Shown here piece after piece: positions 37,131 through 51,072 of a stretch of DNA of 64,000 nucleotides. The DNA is taken from the NCBI GenBank assembly GCA_030390025.1, contig CM059433.1:22570001-22634000 (forward strand). Direction: 5' to 3'. The stretch is from Squalus acanthias (Eukaryota). The translations under genes and the position numbers were made by a program. The notes beneath the pieces were generated by a model. It saw only the letters and a list, made by a program, of their open reading frames with translations, ran no database searches and had not been told where the DNA came from. Positions within the stretch are counted from its first letter, which is position 1. The number at the start of each line of letters is the position of its first letter.

Positions 37131-39459
37131 CCGGAGGTCATTAGGTGTGTGTGCACAAACCCCTTTACCAAGATGGCGTCTGGCGCATTTCCCATTGAAA
37201 ATGCGCGTGGACCCCATTTTCGAGCATTAGGAGGCCGCGTAGCGCCTAAAAACCGTGCGCTACACAACTCAAATTCTCCCCTTTATTCTGTGGTTTCCGT
37301 GGCTTGATTGCTAACATGTTTCCTTCAACAACTATTAAGCCCAATTACTAAAGTAATTTATTAAGATCTTAACAAGATCCAAGTGCTGATCTAATGGCTT
37401 CTGAAAGAAAACAAGGGATCAGTGAAGTACTCAAGAATTAAAACTTTCATTATATTCATATATATTTTCTATATTGCTGGATATATCTTTATAAAGGTTA
37501 AATGGGGATCTCAATGGGGAGATGCGTTCGAAGGGAGACTGGGGTGGAGATAGAACCAAAACACTGTAACATTGATCTTTCTAACCCACGCTCACTTCGA
37601 GCACAGTTCGCCACTGGGAATGCAGGATTAATTAATTTACTTTATAAAGTGTACATGTTGCACTTAAAGAAACAGGGAAGCTATATTGTATTCTTAAAAA
37701 TACTTGTTTATTTTGTTTAATTAAACTGCCCTGCAAGGTCGACTTTATTAAAGCGCACTCCCAACATTAAGCCTCGCCCGCTAGGAGAGCACATATGGAT
37801 ACATTTCGCAAGACCCTGTGCCATCGGTGGGACCTCGCGCACTGCCAAGCACATCAGCAAACCACAAGCAACACTGCTTGTGATTTTCCATCTGTGTGGA
37901 CAGAAAATCTCAGGCCGAACGTCTGCAATTTTCGGATATGGACTGGCTGCTTGCAAAACCCCACCAGGACCCAAACTTACCCTGCAGGGAAATTGTGAGG
38001 TGCTGTCACAATCATTTTCTGTGCATTTTCCATTATGTTATCAAATCAGCCTTGTATACCTCTGCGAAGGAAGCTACCTACCCTGCAGTTCAAGAAATTT
38101 CTGTACATAAAGTAGGGATACAGTTTCCATTAGCTTCTCTACCAAAGATTTTATATTAAACAGGGTTGAAAATGACAGCGTCTCACGCTAGTAAGTTATT
38201 TGTCTACCCGCTCAGTTTTAAATGGCAGTCCAATTGACGACCTGCACTGATTACATTACAATGAATGCTTACTGATTTCAACATCACACGCTGGAAACGT
38301 TGTCTAAAATCATGTAGCCGAAGGAGAGCGGGACTGGCGTATTCTTATGACTTGAGCGACAAACATCTTTAAAGCCTACCAAGTTTGATCAACGTTCTAA
38401 ACTACAGTTATCAACAGGGGGAAAAGTGCCCTGTATAAAATAAACAAAAACAAAATAGTTAACTCTGAAACCTGTCATTATGTGTTGCAATTAAAAGGTC
38501 TTCAGCCTAGATTTTCCAATTGGCGGAAATCCTGCTGAATTGGTGGGATGGGTCGACCATCTCCCTGTGCCCTGACCATGGCAGGTCCCCTGGGATCAGG
38601 GTCATTAGCATGTCGTTGGGGGACCTGGCAATATTTCAGCCTGCTGCGGGGTAACATGGCTGGCAAATTCAAATCTCCTGCTTTTCTTAGTGCACTCAAA
38701 GTTTTCAAAATTATGAAAGGAACCGACAAAAATTGATCCAGGCAAATTGTTCACTATGGCAAAGGGTACAAACACTCGGGACACAGAGTTAAAAATTAGG
38801 GAGTTAGGAGTAAAAAGGGAAGTAAAGTCAGGAAAATAGTAAGTCATTAGGATCATCAAGCCTGTCCCTTTTTCACAGATTAACCCCCATCCACTTGTAT
38901 TCTCACCATATTCCTCAATCTCTTCTCTCTCCCAGAAATCCATTCAATTTAAATTGACGGTATTTCAAACTGGCTCTGTCATGGGTGTGTGATGCTCCCT
39001 GCCCAAGTTTCCGCTATATATTCTTCCCAGGTGATTATTTATGCCCAAGTGCAAAAGAGGAAAAACTGCTCCTTACTCTTAGCTTTACTTTACTTCAGTA
39101 CTTTGCTCTAGCAGCGAGCATTGCCCTAGCAGCCAACCAAATCCTAGCTCCACTTGGCCAGGACTGGAAAATTGCTAGATCTTATCTTGCTTCTGTACTT
39201 TGAGAAAATATCAAAAGTTCAGATAAAAACAAACGGCAAAAATTTCATCCTGACTGAGAGGGAGATTGGCGAGTGGCAATTGTAAAAGGTCATCTTCAGT
39301 TTGTTTGCAGGCTTCAAGACGGCTTTTACTATTTGATGTGGCTCATATTTTTTTCACTGTCCATAAAAAGGCATTCCATTGCATCACCATCAACCACAAG
39401 GTCCCAGTCACATTGTGAAAAAGTTTAACTTCAGCTCGAGACAAAATCATTACTTCATA

Positions 39460-40021
39460 GGGGCTGTGATCAGGAGGGATGGGGGGTGGGGGTGGGGGGG
39501 AGAGAGGTCGCGATTGGGTGAGGGTGGGGGGAAGAGAGAGAGCCCGCGATTGGGAGGGGGAGAAATTCCACGATCGGAAGGGGTGGGGGGGAGAGGAGTC
39601 AGCAAATGGGAAGGCTGGAGGAGTGAGGGAGGCTGGCGATCGGGGTTGGGGGAAGCACTCCTGCTCCTCCTGACCCACAAGCAGTGCTGAAAGAGGTACT
39701 TACCTTGTGGAGCCGGCAGGCCCCGCCTCCCTTTCACTGCCGAGTTTCCCGACCACTGGGAATCCCACGCAGTAGCAGTGAATTTTAAGATGGGCTCCCA
39801 ATTGCACTGTGGGAGCCCAATTTAAAAATGTTAATTATATGTACAGTCTCTCCACGGCGGGTCACTTGGACGCCCGATAACCGCCGCCATAGAAAAGGCA
39901 GCGGACGTGTGCTTGGCGTGATGATGTCGCCTTCCCCATATTTAACTCTTTAACCCTCCGCCCCCCCCCCACCCGACCCTCTCCCGCCCGTCGTGGGGGG
40001 TTGAGGGAAAATACCACGGCC
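39460..40021. mobile_element. Harbinger-type MITE with G-rich internal repeats
   Basis: Ends aaaataccacggcc|TAA; repeated (c)gat(c/t)ggg units; shares its core with 1320-1658. Confidence 0.55.
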
Positions 40022-41050
40022 TAAGTTATTCAAAGTGGCTTAAAGCACTCAATTTGTTACCGTGGGAAGAAAAGATTGAAACAGGACAAATTCCAGCTCT
40101 GTAAAATGCTGGGAGACACGGATAATGCGGATGTAAGCAGACATGATCAGGGACTCCAGGAAACACAATTGCCCGAAATTCGTGGCAATGGCGATACTGG
40201 TGACGAATGTCGCAAGTTAGATTGTTGTGCTTCCTGATCCTCCGGTGGTGGATTCATGCCACAATTTGCTGGGAAAATAATTAGAATATGCCGCAGTGAG
40301 CATAGCGGTGGATGGGGAGCGACACTACCAGCGTCTGATACACTTCCAAGGTACCGGGACCCGACACAGAACGGAACAACAGGTTATTTCACAGGGGAAG
40401 CGGTTCGGAGCAATGGTTCCGATAATGTGGGGATGGATCATGAACAGATTAATTTGAATGCTGAGTTTGTCCTGAAACATAAATATATAAATCGGCCTTA
40501 AGAAGGGACCCATATGCATTGGGGTGTCCCCTGAACTGTGTGTGATCCCTAGCTATACTTAATTACCGATTGCAATCCGCACTTATTGCACGAGCCCAAT
40601 AAATAAAATGTAAAAATAAAATAAAATCAGAACATGCCCGACTGTTATTTATTACTTAACTGAGGTTTAAGATTTCAATGAAGTTCCTGGCAAAAGTGAG
40701 TAAAAATGTTACCCATAGGCATCCTGCTGAGCGATTGAATACTTTACTGATTCTCAGTGCTCCACTATCATTCTGTAATGGTCTACGAGGCTGTGGTGAT
40801 CACAGTGAAGTTAATTCAGCAAACTCCATCACTTCATTGGTTTTATGGTGGGGGGTGGGGGGTGTGGATTGATGATAATGAGCTGTTCAACTTTTTCAGC
40901 GAGTGTCTCTGTGGAGCGACGCAAAGGTCCCATCAGATTATGGCACGGTGTACATACTGACATAAGTCACTCATGCCATAATTTCCTGGCATTTATGCAC
41001 TGTAACAATGGCGTATGCTGTTGTTTTCAGCAAATTCAGCAAAATCCCAT

Positions 41051-41747
41051 GGCCCAGATATTCCGATCCCTACAGGTGTGTACACGCTATGTACGCACCC
41101 GTAGGGACATCGGAAATGCCGGTTTCAGGCATGCACAGCGCTTAGAGAAGGGCCTCTGCGGGCGGAGAGTTCTGCTTTCTGGAGACCCTCTGCCCGCAGA
41201 AAACCCTTAGGATTCTTACGCCTGGTAAAAGCAGGCGTAAGGCCTTTTACCAGGATAAGAGTTGAAAAAAGTAAAAAAATATATATTTTTTTCAGTCATT
41301 TATCATTTAAAAATACTTTAAAAAAGGTAAGTTTATTTTTAGCCCCGTAAAAAACTTTAATTATTTTTTTCAAAAAATTACATTTTTAAAAAAAATATTT
41401 AATGTAATGTAATTTCAACTAATTTTAAAAAGGTGATGGTTTTTTAAAATTTATTTAAAGTTATACTATGTTTTTTAATTGATCTCCATTCATATATTTG
41501 ACAGGTCTATTTGTCAAGTGTATGAAGGGAGATTCCCTTCTTTGATTGGCTCCCCATGGCCCACGTGATCCCAGGGACGCTTGCGAACCACATGCGCCCC
41601 TGGGATACGTGGGCCCTGCGCACTTGGAGTTGGAGAGGCCCAGGATCGGAACTATATGCACCTCGGGAGCCCTCAGGTAAGTGCGTAGATTTTTTCCAGA
41701 TCGGAGGCCTCCGCACGCGGGAAGCCTCCGATCGGAAAATACGGCCC
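41051..41747 (+). mobile_element. Harbinger-type structured MITE, copy D
   Basis: TIR GGCCCAGATATTCCGATC / GATCGGAAAATACGGCCC; flanks CAT/AAT; homologous to 10099-10743. Confidence 0.85.
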
Positions 41748-42139
41748 AATATGTCCTTTTGTTTAAAGCCAGATGATGAGATTGCAGAGTGAAATTGATT
41801 ATCCTGACATTTTTATTTGATTATCTACTGAGGTTAGGTAGAAGTTTTATATCTTCTTGGTAGTTTTTTTTCTGATCATAATTATAAGTTTTGTGTGGTT
41901 TGTGAGAAGATGTGGGCAGGATGGGATAACTGGACTTTTCTCATCCTATGAAACACCCTCACTCTCTGTGCTTGTAAAAACCTCCTGCAAACCCTTCTTT
42001 CTGACGAGGATTCCTCCCTCTTCCCTAATCTTTATTTTTCCCATCCTTTTTCCCTCCTGCTTATTCTTTTGAAGTGAGATGTCCTCTATGTGTGTATTGC
42101 ATAGAAATACAAGTTGTTCTTATATATTGGCAATAAAAC

Positions 42140-42826
42140 ATTTTTTCTATCATTCATGAAATGTGGGCATCACTGGCAATGTCAGCATTTATTGCCCATC
42201 CCTAATTGCCCTTGAGAAGGAGGTGATGATCCGCGTTCATGAACCGCTGCCGTCCGTGTGGTGAAGGTACTCCCACAGTGCTTTAGTTAAGGAGTTCCAG
42301 GACTTTGACCCGGCGACGATAAAGGAACTGCGGCATATTTCCAAGTCAGGATGGTGTGTGACTTGGAGGATAACTTGGAAGTGGTGATGTTCCCATGGGT
42401 TTGGGAGGTGCTGTTGAAGAAGCCTTGGCAAGTTGCTGCAGTGCATCTTGTAGATGGTACACACTGCAGTCACATTGCATCGGTGGTGCAGGGAGTGAAT
42501 GTTTAAGGTGGTGGATGGGGTGCCAATCAAGCGGGCTGCTTTGTCCTGGATGGTGTCAAGCTTCTTGAGTGTTGTTGGAGCTGCACTCATCCAGGCAAGT
42601 GGAGAGTATTCCATCACACTCCTGACTTGTGCCTTGTAGGTGGTGGAAAGGCCTTGGGGAGTCAGGAGGTGAGTCACTCGCTGCACAATACCCAGCCTTT
42701 GACCTGCTCTTGTTGCCACAGTATTTATGTACTGTAGCTGGTCCAGTTAAGTTTCAGGTCAATGGTGACCCCCAGGATGTTGAAGGTGGGGGACTCAACA
42801 ATGGTAATGTCATTGAATGTCAAGGA
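42140..42826 (-). mobile_element. Non-LTR retrotransposon (CR1/L2 group) 3' fragment
   Basis: RAGQRLG..YKAQVRSVMEYSPLAW..LDTIQDKAARLI..SLHHR..IYKMH..WNSL. Confidence 0.85.
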
Positions 42827-43420
42827 ATTGTTATGGGTCAGCTGTGTAACACCAGCAATAACAATAAATAATTTTCACAACTTTTGTTTTCATTGTCCAA
42901 TTACGTGAAATATAAGAATGTGTCCAATGCATGATGAAAATTGTCCTGTTTTTAGCTTTAAAAAAAAATTATACTGCATTTAGATTCAAGGCAATGCTTG
43001 GACTTCATTTCACAGTTTATAGATAGTTTAAAGAACAAAATTTTACTTTACACGTGAAAATATCTGAAGTTTTAAATTTTTGGTTAATTTCTTTTCTGTT
43101 CTTTTCAATTCTATTTCAACCCAGTTCCACCTCCACGACATAGTTAAATCCACTTTTATTAAAAGAACAGTCAATTTGTTGACCTAAAAATTGTTCAGCG
43201 TCTCATTTTAGTTTTCAGGCTTTCTGGTTTGTGCTTTTGAAGGTGTATTCCCATTCTTAAGCTAATTGATAGAAGGTTCACAGGATTGGGCCAGTGCTGG
43301 TTTTCTATGTCTCCTGGAGTCTCCGCACAGCAGTGTAGCTTTGATTGGGGTGTCAATGAACATGAGTCCGAGCCCGTTTCCCACCCCTATGTGCTGCTGG
43401 TCCTCCAATGCTCTGTGATC

Positions 43421-44520
43421 GACTTGGATAGAGAACTGGTTGGCAGACAGAAAGCAAAGAGTTGGAATAAACGGGTCTTTTTCCGAGTGGCAGGCAGTGA
43501 CTAGTGGGGTACCGCAGGGATCGGTGCTAGGGCCCCAGCTATTCACAATATATATTAATGATCTAGACGAGGGAATTAGATGTAATATCTCCAAGTTTGC
43601 AGATGACACAAAGCTGGGTGGGCGTGTGTGCTGTGAGTAGGATGCCGAGAAACTCCAGGATGATTTGGATAGGTTGGGTGATTGGGCAGATGCATGGCAG
43701 ATGCAATATAACGTGGATAAATGCGAGGTTATCCCCTTTGGTGTCAAAAACAGGAAGGCAGATTATTATCTGAATGGCAATAGATTGGGAAAAGGGGAAG
43801 TGCAACGAGACCTGGGAGTCCTTGTGCACCAGTCGCTGAAGGTAAGCATGCAGGTGCAGCAGGCGGTTAAGAAGGCAAATGGTATGTTAGCCTTCGTAGC
43901 GAGAGGGTTTGAGTACAGGAACAAGGATGTCTTGCTGCAGTTGTACAGGGCCTTGGTGAGTATTGTGTGCAGTTTTGGTCGCCTTATCTGAGGAAGGATG
44001 TTCTTGCCATGGAAGGAGTTCAGCGAAGATTCACCAGGCTGATACCTGGGATGGCAGGAATGACGTATGAGGAGAGATTGGGTCGATTGGGCTTATACTC
44101 GCTGGAGTTTAGAAGAATGAGAGGGGATCTCATTGAAACTTATAAAATTCTGACAGGACTGGACAGACTAGATGCAGGAAGGATGTTCCCGATGGTCGGG
44201 GAGTCCAGAACCAGGGGTCACAGTCTAAGGATAAGGGGTAAGCCATTTAGGACAGAAATGAGGAGGAATTTCTTCACCCAGAGAGTGGTGAACCTATGGA
44301 ATTCTCTACCACAGAAGGCAGTAGAGGCCAATTCATTAAATATATTCAAGAAGGAGTTGGATATATTTCTTAAGGCTAAAGGGATCAAGGGATATGGGGA
44401 GAAAGCAGGGACAGGGTTCTGAATTTGGATGATCAGCCATGATCGCATTGAATGGCGGAGCAGGCTAGAGGGGCCGAATGGCCTACTCCTGCTCCTATCT
44501 TCTATGTTTCTATGTTTCTA
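43421..44520 (+). mobile_element. CR1 LINE, 5'-truncated (RT C-terminal half and 3' UTR)
   Basis: [41 protein letters not shown]; (tctatgtt)n tail; candidate TSD TGATC. Confidence 0.95.
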
Positions 44521-45038
44521 TGATCATCTCACATTTTTCTTACGCAAGAAAACCCTACAGAGTATTCAATTCTGCGTTATACTTTAACATTTGAGCTGCA
44601 AAGAGCCTGTGCATTGCCCATTAATTGAGGTAGAATAAAGAGAAACCATCTCTTTTCAGTTTCCCTGTAACTGTAATTCTTGAACTGGTAACAGTTCACT
44701 CGCAGCAGTTTCATTCTTCTGTAGGTGATGTTGCAAGCCTCAAACAGTTTTCTTGCCTTATTTATTTAGTATTCTTTACTGCCAAGCTTCCTGGAGATCA
44801 GCAAATTAAAACTTCTGCAACTTGCTGACTAGTTCAAACTCCACTTCCTCTGTGACAGTAAGAATAATGCGAATGCCATGTCCTGCAGCATTCCCGCTAC
44901 TTACATGTAATTGAAACTGGCTATTCCCTCAGGCAAATGTCTTAATATTGTCGCAAGCTTTCTCAAAATCGTAATGCGAGTCTGTGTTTTTAGGTAAAGC
45001 TTTTGAAAGTCTTCATCTAAGTGCCCTAAAAAGGCATT

Positions 45039-45209
45039 GGGGGTGAAATTGATTCTTGCCAGTAATGCAAAATGGGCTCATAGCAAATCAGCAGCCTGTT
45101 TTACATCGTACCCAATTTTCTTCACCATTGAAGTCAATAGAAAAGAGAATTGTGCTGCCAATTCTCGATGAGCATGTTCCTTGCAACTAAGAAAAAACAA
45201 TTCAACCCC
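45039..45209. mobile_element. Short Harbinger-type MITE
   Basis: GGGGGTGAAATTG / CAATTCAACCCC termini, flanks ATT/GTT, internal attgaagtcaat palindrome. Confidence 0.6.
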
Positions 45210-45312
45210 GTTGACTTCAAGCAAAAAGGCGCTTAACAAATTTTTCCTTGTTGTCATATCATATTGATGATGTAAATTTTGCCAAAAAGCATCATTGTAA
45301 AACTGATTCATA

Positions 45313-46139
45313 GGGCTGGGTTTTGTGAATGGAGACAAGTTGGAGGCGGGACTGCTGCTTGTCGTGTCAATGTCCTGCCTCCATCCTCGCCTGACCAACC
45401 AGAGGGATTTTCCCCTGATTGAGCTTGTTAAGCCCACCCTGCGGGCTCAGCAGGCCAATTAGGGAGGAAGTCACAGACAGAGCATGTCAACGTCAGACGT
45501 GCTGTCTGTCAAGACTTCTTGAAAGAAGTAATGTCAGTGTTTGACTGCTCGGTGAAGCTGTCAAACACTGACATTCTCTGTAGTTTGATGAGCCCTTGTA
45601 TTCAGGACTCATCAAACCTTTCAACTTTGTTGATTTCACATGACTGTTGGTTCGGAGGATCCAACAGCCAGTCTGTGAAATTAACAAGGAGGATGTCGGG
45701 TCTCCCGATCCAGCACGGCTGAAGGCTGTAGGAAGAAAACAAGGTAAGTGAACATTTTTTAACACTTATCACTCACTTTACATACTTACCACTCCACACT
45801 TGCACCCATTATTCACCTCTACATTTTACTTCCAGGTGCCTCCAACCGCCGCAGACCTCCTGCATGTCTCCTCCAAGGTTGGGAAGGCTTCACCTGTGAA
45901 GGTAAAATGGCACTAATCCTTTTTTCTGCCTGTTAACTACCTGTTAACAGGCAGTTAAAAGGATTAAATGCATTTCCCGCCTCCAGGAGACGGGACCTGA
46001 AGCAGCACATCTTCCTGCCTCCTGGCAAAAGGGCACGGAGGCGGGGAGGGGCGGATTTGCCATCTGCCCCCACTTTCTCCTAATTTACCGGCTGTCCCGC
46101 CTCCATGCCCACCTCCTTGGGGCTTAGAAAATCCAGCCC
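45313..46139 (+). mobile_element. Harbinger-type MITE (same family as 27095-27932)
   Basis: GGGCTGGGTTTT / AAAATCCAGCCC, flanks ATA/GTA; shared ctgcctgttaacta.ctgttaacaggcag hairpin. Confidence 0.8.
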
Positions 46140-46525
46140 GTAATGTCAATGACATTTTTGTCCCTTTTCCCACCTCAAAAACTGTTTTTGCCAGAAACGT
46201 TGGCCTAGAAATTGGATAAGGCGCAAAAATGGGCGCAGGTATCGCGATTCGCGATTAGCCCGTGCCCATTGAGTCTGTCGCAAATTTCATGCTGCCTGCT
46301 AATTAAAATGAATGCAGCATTAAGGAAACGCTAAATGTGCTGCTCAATGGCTTAATGCCTCAGCAGGGGGCCCAAGTTTGTGCGAAGCTAGCACCAATAG
46401 AAGCTAGCCTGCAGTTCTTAAAGACAGCCTGCACCTCTTAAAGGAGAGGTGCATTCTGGTTTGAACAGGTTGTGGAAGTGGCTGGGAAACAGACTGAGGA
46501 GCAAGAAAACTGCGTGATGTGCAAC

Positions 46526-47210
46526 ATGGCTGAGCGAGAGCTTCCAGATTTTCAGACGTAGCACTGGAGGCCTTGATGAGGGAGTTGGACAGGTGAAGAG
46601 AGGTCCTCTATCCACAGGGGGCCAGGAGACCTGGCAGATAAACTATGAGAAGGCATTGGGACCAGATAGTCGTCGCGGTCAATGCAAGCAGTGTAGCCCC
46701 GAGGACCTGGATGCAGTACTGCAAGAAGTTTAATGACCTCACAGAAGTGGTCAAGGTCAGTGAATTCATCTTCAAATGCCATGTCCCACAAACTGCACCA
46801 TTAGCCTCACACACTGCTCAATTCACCACATCACCATCATTCACCTGCCAACAATCTCTATCAATTACAATTCCTATACCTGACATTCATATGCTCCATC
46901 TCACCCTCACACACTTAGCACTGCTGCAAGCCTCACATCCAGCTCTCACAGATTACACACACTGCCAGCTATTCAACCATGACAGCCACATCAGCCAAAA
47001 ACAGTGAACCACACTCACTGACACACTTCCTTCTCTTGCAGGACAAGGTGGCGCACAACCGTAGGCAGCACAAGCTAACTGGAGGGGGACAGGCAGGCCT
47101 GCATATCCTAACCCAGCTTGAGGAGATGGTGCTGGCCATTATTGGCGTGGGCGTGACCGCGCCCATGGCCAGCGGTGGGGTGTGAATCAATTGAAGATGG
47201 CGATATTCTC
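46526..47210 (+). pseudogene. Harbinger Myb/SANT-like gene, exons 1-2
   Basis: WDQIVVAVNASSVAPRTWMQYCKKFNDL; donor AAG|gtcagt (46755/46756); acceptor ttctcttgcag| (47041); exon 2 DKVAHNRRQHKLTGGG..LEEMVLAII. Confidence 0.85.
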
Positions 47211-47211
47211 A

Positions 47212-47941
47212 TACCTCTGGTTTGATGTGGTGGCTCAAATGCTGATGGTACAGCGGACTGCCACAGAATGTAGGCATCATGACTGCTGCCAGGGTACTGA
47301 GCATTGACCTTTATGGTTGCACACCAGCTGGACATTGAGGGAGTGAAATCACTTCTGGTTGTGGTACATCTCCGAAATGAGATGCAGCATCTGCAAAGCG
47401 ACGTGTGTGCAGTCAATGGCACCTGCGCCATGGGGAAGCCGGCTATCTTGGCGAAGCCGCATGCTCGCTCCGCCTGCTTCTCTCTGGCAAGAGAGAATGA
47501 AATGTATTCAGCTCTCTTTGCATACAGAGCCTCACTCACCTCCCTTATACAGGAGCGGACGGCAAACTGGGAGATGTTACAGATGTCGCATGCTCCAGCC
47601 TGGAAGGAGCCCGACGCGAAGAAGTTCAAGGCCACGGTCACCTTTACAGCCACTGGCAATGACGTCCTCCCCCTGGACTGAGGCTGCAGGTCTGCCTGCA
47701 GCAGGTGGCAGATTTCAGTGAGCACCTCCTTAGTAAAACGGAGACGTCGCACACACTGTTCCTCGCTGAGGTTGAGTTTGGAGAATTGCTCCCTGAAGAC
47801 CCTGGTGGATGTGGCCTCCTGCTGAGAGCCCTTCTCCCGCTCCTCCTCCTCCCTCTTCTAGCAGCTTATCCTGCTCTGTGTCACCTCTGCTCATTCTCCG
47901 TCATGCTGCAGGCCAAGGGGGATACAAACTACTGCACCCAT
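47212..47941 (-). pseudogene. Harbinger transposase, N-terminal two-thirds
   Basis: RRLRFTKEVLTEICHLL..LPVAVKVTVALNFFASGSFQ..FAKIAGFP..YPGSSHDAYIL. Confidence 0.9.
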
Positions 47942-48909
47942 GTCTGGGAGCAACTGGTCTGAGCAGACCCCTTGCAAGTCAGTACCAAGTCCTTGAGCAC
48001 GTGCCACACCACTCCTTGGAGACATTAGGCAACTATAAAGAAGTCTAGAAAGCACCAAACACTTCTACAAACTCAGCAAGAACTAGTAGAAATCAATCAG
48101 CAACTAACCTGCAAGTAGATGATGATCCCTTTAAATAACGCTGATGGGGTTTCCTTCCTGCTGCTGAACGCATGTTCAACTGTGTGAGGTTAAGAGAGGA
48201 CATTAGCTCCAACATTGAGGTTGAAAATGGCAGCCCTGGCATCAAATCAGCATTGCACGCTGATTGACGTCACGATCTGCGTACTCTGCATACTCTCAGC
48301 GCCGATGCTAACGCCCTCAGTAAAATTGCATCCGCACCAGAAGTGTGCGCGCGTTTCCCGGGAGCCATTTTGGACACAAAACGGCACCCGTAGTGCCGAA
48401 AACCGGGCGCCCTAGAACCGAATTTCTAACCTGCTATCTTTTAATTCCCCTCAGTTTTCTTTACCTTTGTGTCCTGGAGTGAGTGATTCTTGTTTGGGGT
48501 ACAGTTCCATGAATGCTAATCGCCCTGCAATACTTTGCCTAGTGTATTCCCATACATTCCTAGTCCAGTTGTGGTAGGATTGGACTTGGCTTTTATGCCC
48601 TTCATAATCGAATAGCTGGATGGCCCTTACCGTCAAAGCTCATGTGTGAAAGGTGGCTGCTTAAATGGAGCAAAGGAGGGCGGTGAGAAACCTCAGAGCC
48701 AGACCCCATCATTAGTCACAAGTTCGAGGAGAGAAGGGGTGAAAATTCAAAGGGGGAAGTTGTCTCGAGGGAAGAACTGAAGAGGCACTCAGCATTTTAA
48801 TCCTATGTAAATAATACTTTGACATTTTTGTGTTGCATCACATCATAGTGTTTCTTAAAAAACTGTTTTGATACTGGTGCTTTTCTAGTAGATTGGTGTC
48901 TATGACTCA

Positions 48910-49140
48910 ACTGTGTGAATCTTTGGAATTCTCCACCCCAGAGGGCTGTGGATGCTCAGTCGTTGAGTATATTCAAGGCTGAGAGCGATAGATTTTTGGG
49001 CACTAAAGGAATCAAGGGATATGGGGATAGTGCGGGAAGATGAAGTTGAGGTAGAAGATCAGCCATGATCTTACTGAATGGCGGAGCAGTCTTGAAGGAC
49101 CGAATGGCCGACTCCTGCTCCTATTTCTTATCCTCTGATG
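48910..49140 (+). mobile_element. CR1 3' fragment
   Basis: Homologous to 44280-44510. Confidence 0.8.
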
Positions 49141-50095
49141 TTCACTCCTGTTATTTGCACGGCTAAATCTGACTCCCCTGCCCCTGCAGCATACTTGTAA
49201 ACCCCTGAAAAGCTGGGTCTATATGAGTCCAACACTAAAATTGTGGAGCTGAATTTAATCGTCTAAATCTGGGAGTCTGCCACAACTTGAGCTAAAACAA
49301 CTCCAGTATAAAAACACTTGAGTTTCCTTTTAAGAACTTGTTCTGGGTTGTACTTCCCTTATTTGCAATTGTTTCACTCAGTTCTATTAGAAGCAATATA
49401 TTTATTAATGGTAAACAGACCTTATTGTTATAAGTCTAATACCTCCATCTGAATAACAAATTTGTAAGCATTTGAATAGGAAAGCTCATTTCCATTTAAA
49501 TTGAGAATTTTTTAGTGCAAAGCAAGGTAAATTGTACAGTGGTCATATTTTATCACTGCACCATTTTACTTCAATGATGGGTCAAAATTCTCCAGTGTAG
49601 AATAGCATTTAGCATTAAACAATAAAATTCTAGATTCAAATTTCATGTTCAATATGTAAAATCACATTTTAAAGATTCATGAGACTCATTTAAATGCTTT
49701 CCAGTGCAGTTATCTACAATCCAAACACAACCATCTGTACCACGAGCCATATATCAGCTCGAACCAGCATTCACAGAGGATTGTCAGTAATAAAGACCCT
49801 AACCTGAGAATAAATCATCAGACAACTGAAAAAGGAAGTTAAATTAGTTGGAAAAAGTAACAAGTATTTTATGATAAATCCATTGCACTTTGCGGTTTGA
49901 ATTTTGTAATTGGGCCAGACTTCCTGTTACAGAAGTTGAACATGGATTAATGCAGTCACTAAGGACAACAGCGCATCGAGACACAAATGTCAACACATAT
50001 CAAATTATGTACTAAGATCTTGGCTAATAATTACCATTGCATTTCAGAATGCACAGGAGTGGAAAAGGCCAACGTGATCCATTTGCCCAGTTCCT

Positions 50096-50843
50096 GGCCT
50101 GGAGTTCTTGCTTGATTGCATTGGGATTTTTTCGGCGCAATTCCCCCGGTGTTGACGTAACCGGCACAAAAGGTTGTGGAATTTTAAGCGCAAATTGCAT
50201 TCAGCGCAACTGGAGTTTCCGCGATCTTTTGCGCTAGTTTTAAAAACATTGCGCTAGGAGCAGGCTCCGCCCACAAAGTTGGCCAGGCCCCCAGCTTGAG
50301 TTAATCACCATTGGGAGTTTCCATTAATTGCGTTCGTTTGCAGACCTTCGAGGAGGCTCCAAAAATTAAGCTGGAACTTTTGGGCGTGAGGACACTAATA
50401 GGAATGTTTTGAAAGGTTTTGAATTAATTTTTTTTAAGTTACGAAGGAACTCACTACTGTACCCCGATATAACTAGAAAATAGTTTTGTATATTTTTTAA
50501 AAATCACTCAGCAATTTGAAATAAGGTCACTCACAGATGGTGGATTGACACTGTGATTTAAAATACGTATTTTTTGTGATAAACCCATTTTCAGCTGTAT
50601 TAATCAAACTTTACCAAGTTACCACTCTTACATATATCAAGGAATATTTTTTAAACTAAATTTTTTTCTACATTGTAGTTTAAAACGCTGTCAGATTGCG
50701 CTGGTTCATGGCAGATTTTGCATCCAGTGATGTGCAAATGCGTTTGAGCGGAAAGTCAGGGTGGAGGGGGGGAACACTTTACAAAACAGGCGCAATTTTG
50801 GGCGCCGGAATCACCAATTGCGCCCAAAGCGGAAACTCTACCT
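50096..50843. mobile_element. Harbinger-type MITE with AT-rich core
   Basis: GGCCTGGAGTT..AAACTCTACC termini; repeated gcgcaa/ttgcgc subterminal motifs. Confidence 0.55.
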
Positions 50844-51072
50844 CCCAGTCTCTAGAAGATATCATATCCTACATTTCCTTTCAGTCCTGTCTATCAAATA
50901 TTTCTCCAGGTTCTTACCTAACTCTTGAATTACTGATGCAGTCAACCCTCACTGCTTTGCTAGGCACTCCATTCCATACACTGACCACCCTTTGTGTATA
51001 GTCGATAAATCTAAACTGTCCTTTCAACGTCCCTCTTCTAGGTTTGAGGTGATGCTAACTAGTTGCAGAATC

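Larger units (their letters stand above)
33627..37282. mobile_element. Decayed autonomous-type PIF/Harbinger transposon (Myb gene +, transposase -)
   Basis: TIR GGGGGAGAAATT.. / ..AAATTCTCCCCT, TSD TTA; two convergent pseudogenes. Confidence 0.92.
46202..48431. mobile_element. Internally deleted PIF/Harbinger transposon
   Basis: Termini GGCCTAGAAATTGG / CCGAATTTCTAACC; Myb gene 5' half joined to transposase 5' half; TSD not clear. Confidence 0.88.

Noticed and set aside
309..41747. Inferring host gene strand from the uniform orientation of structured MITE splice donors
   Set aside because: Other MITEs (ACTTACC near 1381, 6084, 27657, 31314, 39699) carry donors on the opposite strand, and the sample is small
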